From positions 1 to 9,560 of the forward strand of contig NW_021827921.1 in the NCBI RefSeq assembly GCF_006345805.1: a DNA stretch of 9,560 bases, in the 5' to 3' direction. The first letter of the stretch is position 1. Every line of letters begins with the position of its first letter. Below, piece after piece: positions 1-7,434 of the stretch. The notes under the pieces were generated by a model that worked only from the letters and a program-made list of their open reading frames with translations, was not told where the DNA came from and ran no database searches. The position numbers and the translations under genes are program-made. The DNA is from Octopus sinensis (taxonomy: Eukaryota).

Positions 1-332
1 GATTAATGGAGGTGTGACTGTATCACATATCTGTCAGGTATATAAAGTTATTCTATGTTATTAATCATAAGCACCCCTGATATGTCTAATGCTTTTTAAG
101 TTAATCTGAAGATATTATGTATCTACAACTAGTAAACATGATAATCTCCCGTATTCTATATCTGCTCACTCAGGCTTAACCTTACATGATATCTTCTATT
201 ACATGCGATGAGAAAAACAGATATAACAATTTTTTAACAAGGCTTTTCTATGATACACACGAGCTGTATATGCAAGATACAGTGAATTTTGTCCTCACGA
301 TTTCTTGACTAGCCTGTTTATTTAAATGGAAC

Positions 333-431
333 CCGATCCCACCGGAATTTGAACACAGAATATAAAGGAGCCTACCAAAATACCACAAATAATATTCACC
401 AATGCTTTTCGGATTCTGCCAATCTGCTATC
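333..431 (-). mobile_element. Degenerate 5' head of tRNA-derived SINE family B
   Basis: The minus strand reads ..ttggcagaatccgaaaagcattggtgaatattatttgtggtattttggtaggctcctttatattctgtgttcaaattccggtgggatc. This aligns by eye with the heads of the copies at 1560 and 9067: A-box-like tggcagaa and B-box-like gttcaaattcc in the same order and at similar spacing. Confidence 0.55.
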
Positions 432-480
432 ATTTTTTCCGATGCTTTAAAGTCATTCTTTATACCTTACAGCGTCCTTA

Positions 481-506
481 TTTCTTTACTGCCTACAAAG
501 GGCTAA
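481..506 (-). mobile_element. 26-bp 3'-terminal retroposon fragment flanked by a probable target-site duplication
   Basis: The reverse complement ttagccctttgtaggcagtaaagaaa matches the SINE tail at 1763-1788 at 23/26 positions. It is flanked by direct repeats 462-480 and 507-525 (17/19 identical, first 13 bp exact: ataccttacagcg). Confidence 0.6.
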
Positions 507-679
507 ATACCTTACAGCGCCCTAAGGATTTCTTACATTGGCAAATGGCTTGAAATTTGAAGGACGGATCAGCCAGTGATTCTTGAAATGGATAGTATTG
601 TCGCCTGAGTGCGGTAGGAAATTTCATATGGGTACCAGTGACGAAAGGGTGGCAAGAGATATACCACATATCCGTTATA

Positions 680-719
680 TGTTTCAGTCATTGAACTGCG
701 GCTATGCTGGAGCACCACC
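680..719 (-). mobile_element. 3'-tail fragment of the CORE-SINE family (or of its partner LINE)
   Basis: tgtttcagtcattgaactgcggctatgctggagcaccacc matches 3544-3583 at 35/40 positions. Confidence 0.75.
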
Positions 720-824
720 CTGAGTAATTTTAGGCTCATATTGATACCAGTTTACGTAAATCCTAATTGCTTGTAATGTGGATCTCCTCCTGAGACCAAA
801 TTATGATATCTCGCTTGGTTCTCT

Positions 825-1226
825 AAATAAATAAACGAACGGTTGCTTGAGATTATAGGAAGAAGTTTGTAGCAGAAACTGAATATGGGTTTTACTAACT
901 CTATTCTTTTTAACTGATTAGAAACTGAAAGCATCTCGAAAGGTTATTGTGTAGCATAGAAATCAATACTCATTCGAAATAGAGAACAATGCGACTGTCA
1001 CAGAAAGATTTTCTAACAATATCCAGCAAATATGAACGAAGAGAAAGTTTTCCATAATACTTACCTGACAGTCACTTAAATAAATAAACAAATATTTGAA
1101 TTAATTGATTGAAATTTGTAGTGGCAAACAAAAATGGGTTTTGCTAATTGTTTAACTGAATAAAATGCAAACTTATCAATAGAAATATTCCCAATAGTGA
1201 CACAAAATGAATAAACAAATATTTGA
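825..1226 (+). repeat. Old degenerate local duplication in AT-rich DNA
   Basis: About 825-940 resembles about 1081-1180 (tttgtagcagaaactgaatatgggttttactaact vs tttgtagtggcaaacaaaaatgggttttgctaatt, each followed by tttaactga). The exact 17-mer aataaacaaatatttga occurs at 1083-1099 and 1210-1226. Confidence 0.45.
1057..1067 (-). promoter_or_regulatory. Candidate 5' splice donor (CAG|GTAAGTAT)
   Basis: Plus strand atacttacctg reads CAGGTAAGTAT on the minus strand, a perfect 11-nt complement to the U1 snRNA 5' end. There is no transcript evidence. Confidence 0.35.
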
Positions 1227-1505
1227 GAAGAACTGAAATGCAAACATCGCAACATTTTTTTTAATGTTTTTAAATAGGGAACAAAAATGAGTGAATAACA
1301 ATTTTTCAGTGAGCAGTATTCACGTGGAATTTAGGGGGACAAATTTTTAAAAGAATGTTATCTTAACGATCAGAGGATATGCGTAAGCATCGGAATTCAG
1401 CCACGTCTATCGAATGAGAAGATAATAAATAGTTAGATGTGAGTAGCTTTTCTGAAAACATGAAATCAGGAATATACTAGAATCGATTTTAAACAAGGAG
1501 GGGGG

Positions 1506-1553
1506 ATCCATCCATCTATCCATCATCCATCCATCCATCCACCCATACATACA
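1506..1553. repeat. Imperfect (TCCA)n/(TACA)n microsatellite
   Basis: Directly visible tandem repeat. Confidence 0.9.
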
Positions 1554-1559
1554 TTTAAA

Positions 1560-1790
1560 GGTGGCGAGCTGGCAGAAGCGTTAGCGCGCCGGGCGAAATG
1601 CTTAGCGGTATTTCGTCTTTCGTTACGTCTTGAGTTCACATTCTGCCGAGGTCGACTTTGCTTTTCATCCTTTCGGGGTCGATAAATAAAGTACCAGTTA
1701 CGCACTGGACTCGATGTAATCGACTTAATCCCTTTGTCTGTCCTTGTTTGTCCCCTCTGTGTTTAGCCCCTTGTGGGCAATAAAGAAATA
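1560..1790 (+). mobile_element. Full-length tRNA-derived SINE family B (central domain resembles Meta/MESC-type SINEs)
   Basis: Head ggtggcgagctggcagaagcgttag (A box) and B-box-like gagttcacattc. Central gaggtcgactttgcttttcatcctttcggggtcgataaataaagtaccag, then tail ending gcaataaagaaata. Homologous to 9067-9274. Possible low-complexity TSD catacatac(a/g)tttaa at 1544-1558 and 1809-1823 (14/15). The superfamily name is from recall. Confidence 0.85.
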
Positions 1791-1823
1791 TACATATATA
1801 CATAGCTACATACATACGTTTAA

Positions 1824-2236
1824 GTTTGCATACATGAGGCTAATAACATCATGAGACTTGGAAAGCAGTATTCCTTGCCCGATAATCTTGAATACATGCC
1901 CAAAGATGCCACGTGACTCTACCGCAACGAATCATCTGATGAAAGGATGTGTTTATATCAGCAGAAGACCATGCATGTTAGAGAAAGCTCCGGGATTGAT
2001 CATCAAAGCAGTCGATCATGGACCAACAACCGCATTACTACAAAATGTGATAACCGATGCAAAATGTGGGGGTAACACCGAAGATATCATCCATATCATA
2101 AGCAGTTGTCCAAAATTGTCGTCACGGTATAATCTGCCGCTGAGACATGATGTTGTAGGTAGGACACTGTATAATGAGATCCGTCGGAGGGATAACCTCG
2201 AGGCCAAAAATAAAATAAAAATAGAACCTACAATAA
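1824..2236 (+). mobile_element. Decayed fragment of an RLE-type non-LTR retrotransposon (R4/Dong/NeSL-like), post-RT region with CCHC zinc knuckle
   Basis: Frame +3 reads VCIHEANNIMRLGKQYSLPDNLEYMPKDAT*LYRNESSDERMCLYQQKTMHVRESSGIDHQSSRSWTNNRITTKCDNRCKM. A frameshift near 2065 moves to frame +1 CGGNTEDIIHIISSCPKLSSRYNLPLRHDVVGRTLYNEIRR. Restoring 2 bp gives C-x2-C-x8-H-x4-C followed by RHD (2143-2151), the hallmark preceding the PD-(D/E)xK endonuclease of RLE elements. There is one in-frame stop at 1914-1916 and no endonuclease motif is present. Confidence 0.8.
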
Positions 2237-2308
2237 GGAAGTTAAGCAACGTCGAGCCTAGTTACTACTTACATGGGTGACCGCTTGGGAAACCTAAGTG
2301 CTGTAAGC
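2237..2308 (+). pseudogene. 5'-truncated 5S rRNA pseudogene (about nt 47-118 of 5S)
   Basis: ggaagttaagcaacgtcgagcctagttactacttacatgggtgaccgcttgggaaacctaagtgctgtaagc is colinear, without indels, with the 3' part of 5S rRNA (about 56/72 identical to the human sequence as I recall it). It covers the box A, intermediate element and box C region, with TTTT at 2317-2320. Confidence 0.9.
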
Positions 2309-2322
2309 GTCAAACATTTTAA

Positions 2323-2717
2323 GGCGCAGGAGTGGCTGTGTGGTAAGTAGCTTGCTTACGAACCACATGGTTCCGGGTTCAGTCCCACTGCGTGGCACCT
2401 TGGGCAATGTCTTTATTCTAGCCTCGGGCCGACCAAAGCCTTGTGAGTGGATTTGGTTGACGGAGACTGAAAGAAGCCCGTTGTATATATGTATATATAT
2501 GTATGTGTGTATATGTTTGTGTGTCTGGCTTGTCCCCCCAACATCGCTTGACAACCGATGGTGGTGTGTTTACGTCCCCGTAACTTAGCGGTTCGGCAAA
2601 AGAGAACGATAGAATAAGTACTAGGCTTACAAAGAATAAGTCCTGGGGTCGATTTGCTCGATTAAAGGCGGTGCTCCAGCATGGCTACAGTCAAATGACC
2701 GAAGCAAGTAAAAGAGT
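2323..2717 (+). mobile_element. Full-length tRNA-derived CORE-SINE (octopus OR-like), copy 1
   Basis: A box TGGCTGTGTGG at 2333-2343 and B box GGTTCAGTCCC at 2376-2386. CORE-like caccttgggcaatgtc..tagcctc follows, then an internal TA/TG microsatellite at about 2483-2525 and tail ggtgctccagcatggctacagtcaaatgaccgaagcaagtaaaagagt. Three further long copies are in the window. Confidence 0.92.
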
Positions 2718-2749
2718 ATATGTGATCGCCGTCTGTCAAACGAGTTTTT

Positions 2750-3133
2750 CTACAATTCAACTATTTGTGCAGCCAGTTTTTGTTCGGGCGACGACTGTGA
2801 CCGAGCATTTGGCATCTGCAATGTTGTCAGTTTCTCACAGGTCTCTTCCAGCTGGATGATTTGGTCGCTGAAAGTCCCACGTTTGTGTTCTATGGAGGGC
2901 AATACGCGGAGATAATTTGGGCGTGTACGAAAACCAATCAGCTGGTCTGTTTCGGAGGAATTTCGAGCCGGGAACCATAGATAATTTCCAGAACTCCCTA
3001 CCCTGATCATGCTACGGGGATATACTGCGCACAAATCGATGTGACTGAACTGCACGCACTGGATCAATACCCGAGCTCTGTTGATTTGTTGAGTTATGTC
3101 AAACAACTGCTTCCACGTGCAGAACGTATCTTG
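2750..3133 (-). other. Unidentified 127-codon stop-to-stop open frame in a GC-richer block
   Basis: The frame is open from 3133 to the stop at 2750 (QDTFCTWKQLFDITQQ...AQIVEL*) with no recognisable domain. Sampled lines are about 48% GC, versus about 22% in a sampled line near 1081. Confidence 0.2.
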
Positions 3134-3284
3134 TTATCGACTGAGTCTGCTGTATAGATCGTATTGTCACCTTCCTTTAGCCAGGAAGTACAATCTGGTA
3201 GCTTTGGCGAAGGAGAACCTATGTTGGACAAGATTTGAAAGGTTTAAAGACAGAATTCTTTATTTTTGGTCAAGTCCCCATCAA

Positions 3285-3457
3285 CTATTTCAAGTTTTGT
3301 TTGAAAAGGGGAAGTGAGAGATCAAAGAGAATTGCTGCTCCGCTCAAATTTGAAAGTGCTAAACATGTTCCGGCTGAACAGTCCAGTTTAGAGTCTGCGC
3401 AAGTAAACTGAAGGCGGACACCATAGACACCTAAAACAAAAGTATAGCACATGTTAG
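3285..3457 (-). other. Candidate 3' splice acceptor (AG at 3432-3431) and downstream exon
   Basis: The minus strand reads tgCTAACatgtgctatacttttgttttAG|gtgtc: a branch-point-like CTAAC at 3457-3453, a pyrimidine tract, then AG. One downstream frame is open for 47 codons (VYGVRLQFTCADSKLDCSAGTCLALSNLSGAAILFDLSLPLFKQNLK*). Confidence 0.3.
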
Positions 3458-3530
3458 CAAGCCTCAATCACTTGTGAATGTCGGCTAATTCGATTGCACT
3501 AAATGTGTAATTACAAATTATCATATTATT

Positions 3531-3696
3531 TTACTCTCTTACTTGTTTCAGTCATTTGACTGTGGCCATGCTGGAGCACCGCCTTTAGTCGAACAGCAAA
3601 GTTACGGGCACATAAACACACCAGCATCGGTTTGTCAAGCGATGTTGTGGGGACAAACACAGACACACAAATATATACTCACACATAAATACATAC

Positions 3697-3751
<55 letters not shown>

Positions 3752-3910
3752 GCGACGGGCTTCTTTCATTTTCCGTCCACCAAATCCACTCACAAGGCTT
3801 TGGTCGGCCCGAGGCTATTGTAGAAGACACCTGCCCAAGGTGCCACGCAGTGGGACTGAACCCGGAACCATGTGGTTGGTAAGCAAGCTACTTACCACAA
3901 AGCCACTCCT
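3531..3910 (-). mobile_element. CORE-SINE copy 2, with about 66-bp internal deletion and expanded internal microsatellite
   Basis: Reverse complement of copy 1, with the head at 3841-3910 and the tail at 3531-3592. It lacks the block corresponding to 4431-4496, and its internal (CA)/(TACA)/(TA)n tract spans about 3656-3749. Confidence 0.92.
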
Positions 3911-4366
3911 CGTAAGAATTGTTAAAGACTAACATTTATAAATCATCAGATCAATTTCTCTGTGAAGTGGCCATTCAAGACTAAGGTTTAACAACGCTAA
4001 TCGTTTTCTATATATAAAAAGGAACCACAAAGTAAGAGATATTGCAACAGCAAAAAAAAAAAAAAAATGGCAATGCAAGTATTCATTAAATGTAGTTATC
4101 AACATTTAAGTATAATAAAGAACACAAATATATACAGACAGAGAGAATTAAATAACAAATGAAAATTAATTGATTACGTTGAGTTTGTAATCGAAACACG
4201 GCATGTTGTGTAAGGTAAATAGAGATTTAATTTAATTATTATACGTATTTCCTAATGTATGAATCTGGTATATCCATGTATGTAGAATAGGTAAACAAAC
4301 ATATACATAATCACATTAACATACATATACTTACATATTCCCATGCAATCACGCAAACTCGCATCC

Positions 4367-4747
4367 TTTTATTCTTTTAATTGTTTCAGTCATTTGCCTG
4401 CGGCCATGCTGGAGCACCGTCTTTAGTCAAACAAATCGACCTCAGGACTTATTCTTTGTAAGCCTATTACTTATTGCTATCGGTCTCTTTTGCTGAACCG
4501 CTAAGTTACAGGGGCGTAAATACAGCAACATCGGTTGTCAAGCGATGGTGTGGGACAGACACAAACAGGAAGACATACAGACACACACACAGATATATAT
4601 TCGACGGGCTTCTCCCGGTTTCCATCTACCAAATCCACTCTTTGGTCTGCCCGAGGCTATAATAGAAGACATTTGCCCAAGGTGTCACGCAGTGGGACTG
4701 AACCCGAAACCATGTGGTTGGGAAGCAAGCTACTTACCACGCAGCCA
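4367..4747 (-). mobile_element. CORE-SINE copy 3, more diverged
   Basis: Reverse complement of copy 1 along its length, with the head ending gcagcca at 4741-4747, tail ttgtttcagtcatttgcctgcggccatgctggagcacc and a short internal microsatellite. Confidence 0.9.
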
Positions 4748-4971
4748 TCACATAATTCAAATTAAGTTGAAGAAAAGGTTTATTCTGGTTTCACAATGCG
4801 AAAAGTCAAAATCTCTGTCAATATGAAACTAGTTAGACAAGTTTCATAAAATCATTGAGCAAATTTACACTCTACAGATGCGATGTGTTGAGTACACCCT
4901 GATTTTGTTATACCCACATATGGATACGTATAAAAATATACTTATATCCAATTGTGAGTGTGTCTTTGTGG

Positions 4972-5145
<174 letters not shown>

Positions 5146-5150
5146 TCACA

Positions 5151-5541
5151 CTAGTAGTATCACCCGATACCCGTTGCTCGGGTTTGTTTCGACCCTTTAG
5201 AATCGGAATTTTTGAAAAGTAAAATTTTGCATTATGTAGCTTGTTATTCTCTTTAAGTGAACATTTTTCTGGTTGAAATTAACCGAAAACTGGCGACACA
5301 GTGGTCAAAAAACCGTAAAAAATAGGGACTTTCATAGAAAAAAAATCACTTTTTTGATGTAAATAATTATTGGTGTTAACATGGTCTGATTTAAATTTTT
5401 TCTCCTACGGAAGGAAGAGCAAGCCTTCTATCATACTCTCAATTTTGGCCAACTTGCGCCGTAGGGTCTCGGAAGAGATAGTGTTAGTTGAAGGCTACCA
5501 AACCTGCCATACATAGACAACTTCAGCTTTATATATATAGA
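5151..5541 (-). mobile_element. Complete non-autonomous Helitron (391 bp)
   Basis: The minus strand starts A|TCTATATATATAAAGCTGAAG (5' TC at 5541-5540) and ends gatactaCTAG|T (CTAG at 5154-5151). A GC-rich hairpin (cccga/tcggg at 5163-5182) lies 8 nt before the CTAG. The element sits between host A and T with no TSD. These are all canonical Helitron terminal features, and it has no coding capacity. Confidence 0.8.
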
Positions 5542-5676
5542 TATATATGTGCTCAAGTTTGCGATTTCAAATGTTGGTGCTGAAATATATAGCATATATA
5601 TTTGAGTTGTGTACCTTTTTCTACTAAGCACACTTATGCTGCGCAGAGAAGAATAGCTACTACATTATCATGAAAT

Positions 5677-5790
5677 GCAATCTGTGATGGACTAGCTTCC
5701 TATCCATGGGGAATTTATCTTATGTACATTTAACGCTATGAAACTTAGCTAAGCACAGATATTTATGACCCTCTAGGGGACTTGGCAATT
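5677..5790 (+). mobile_element. Degenerate 3' tail of an old SINE/L2-like retroposon
   Basis: gcaatctgtgatggactagcttcctatccatggggaa...acgctatgaaac resembles the CTGCGATGGACTAGCATCCCATCCAGGGG..GAAACC tail that I recall from invertebrate SINE/L2 ends. There is no second copy in the window to confirm it. Confidence 0.4.
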
Positions 5791-5843
5791 TTAGTATTTA
5801 CATATACATTTGAGACAGGGCTACATGTGAACGAATCTCTACA

Positions 5844-5973
5844 ATGTGCGTGTGTACATGTATATATGCATACATGTACGTATGTATTGTTTTTTATATA
5901 TGTAGGATATATATATATTATGGATTTATATATTATGGATTATATATATATGTATATATATATATATATGTAT

Positions 5974-6034
<61 letters not shown>

Positions 6035-6074
6035 TATTATTATATATATATATGTATATGATATATATATATAT

Positions 6075-6118
<44 letters not shown>

Positions 6119-6221
6119 TCTATATGTATATATATGTATATATATATATAATATATATCTATGTATGATATATAATATATATATATATATAGTATATAAT
6201 TATATATATATATATAATATG

Positions 6222-6272
<51 letters not shown>

Positions 6273-6306
6273 ATATGTTATATATATCTTATATATATAT
6301 ATATAT
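5844..6306. repeat. Long degenerate (TA)n/(TATG)n low-complexity tract
   Basis: Directly visible. Confidence 0.97.
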
Positions 6307-6500
6307 ATTTATTTTATGAAGGAGCTTCTACAGGACTAGAACTGTTTCATTCAAAAGAAATCATCAGGAAGATGATTTCTTTTGAATGAAACAGTTCTAG
6401 TCCTGTAGAAGCTCCTTCTATAAAATAAATTAATTTACTCTGCTATGTTTTGAGTACCTTATTTACTGTGGTTAAACCCCGACTCAAACCGGTGACCCAC
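6307..6500. mobile_element. Inverted pseudo-LTR remnant of a Penelope-like element (perfect palindrome plus unique 3' extension)
   Basis: Arms 6318-6365 and 6371-6418 are exact reverse complements (48 bp, loop aggaa). They extend a further 11 bp past a 1-nt bulge (6307-6317 / 6420-6430). Each arm carries hammerhead sequence followed by AATAAA. The right arm continues as non-repetitive sequence to 6500. The PLE assignment is inferred from the hammerhead and the inverted arrangement. Confidence 0.55.
6325..6371 (-). ncRNA. Minimal type I hammerhead ribozyme motif
   Basis: The minus strand reads 5'-CUUC CUGAUGA U UUC UUUU GAA U GAAA CAG uucuaguc CUG UA GAAG-3'. Helix I is CUUC/GAAG, followed by core CUGANGA, helix II UUC/GAA with a U4 loop, core GAAA, helix III ACAG/CUGU, and a GUA cleavage triplet (cut between 6329 and 6328). 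The U10.1-U11.1 pair is non-canonical. Confidence 0.65.
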
Positions 6501-6501
6501 A

Positions 6502-6546
<45 letters not shown>

Positions 6547-6705
6547 CTATATATCATATATATTACATTCATACATATATATATATATACATATATATGG
6601 TTGTATATGTCCATACACACCACCACACACACTCGCACATATATCTATATATATGAGTATATAGATGTATATAGATGTATATATATATATATTTATATAC
6701 AAACT

Positions 6706-6742
<37 letters not shown>

Positions 6743-6900
6743 TCACATACAACTAACTTGTTACATATTCCCTGATTAGTTAAAGAACATAACACGCATA
6801 CAACAGAAAACGCATAAACACACTCACGCTTACAGACACACACATGCACACACACACACACACACACATACACACACATGCGCGCGCTCACAGACGTGTA
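6501..6900. repeat. Mixed (TA)n/(CA)n low-complexity tract
   Basis: Directly visible. Confidence 0.92.
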
Positions 6901-7274
6901 TGCGTATGTGTAAAGGTGCCCGCATGTCTCTGTGTTAGGTGTGTTGTACATGTGCCTGGCGTCACAATACATTTCTGACATCTAGTAGAATCTAAGCATG
7001 AATAGTTGCATAAGCGAAGCGTCTGGAATTTTTGGCACTACCGCTGTGTGGGAGATGCCTCGAAAACACCCCCAACATACAGGGGGGGGGGATTCTTGCC
7101 TTACCATTTCTCGATGTTTTTTTTTTTTTGTACTTGTTTTTCTTAATTCCTTTATTTTATTTGCTTGTTTGTTTATCAGCTACTTTGTTTGTTTATGTCT
7201 GCGAGTGTCTGTTTGTTTAAATCTGACGGTCTCCCAGTTACTGATATTCTTAAACGCGATATAGACGCAAAGCA

Positions 7275-7398
7275 ATCACAGACACACACACACACACAGA
7301 CGTACAGAGATATATAGACTTGCATATACGCAAACACTCATACACACACGCGTACACACAGACAGACAAATAAGCACACATTCACACCCTGTCATTCT

Positions 7399-7434
<36 letters not shown>

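Noticed and set aside
1057-1067. U1 snRNA gene (starts ATACTTACCTG)
   Set aside because: The downstream sequence does not continue as U1. It is better read as a minus-strand splice donor.
1858-2280. 140-aa ORF as an intact gene
   Set aside because: It is a composite: an off-frame N-terminus, a true LINE knuckle segment (2065-2200), and a C-terminus read through 5S sequence.
2323-2395. tRNA gene at the SINE heads (also 1560, 8621, 9067)
   Set aside because: A and B boxes are present, but I see no complete cloverleaf and the sequence continues into the SINE body.
2991-3008. DQGREF peptide on the minus strand resembling a retroviral-type integrase motif
   Set aside because: There is a stop two codons upstream, and none of the expected downstream YHPQ/NG/ER motifs follow, so it is probably chance.
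248-4826. Short ORFs at 248-433, 1523-1705, 2294-2554, 2340-2588, 3543-3932, 3585-3830, 4474-4662, 4535-4765 and 4545-4826
   Set aside because: They lie largely within SINE copies, and similar peptides recur wherever the SINE recurs.
4822-4848. 9-bp inverted repeat tatgaaact/agtttcata
   Set aside because: It is short and AT-rich with no supporting context.
6364-6414. Second hammerhead on the plus strand
   Set aside because: The core reads AAGAUGA instead of CUGAUGA, so the essential C3 and U4 are missing.
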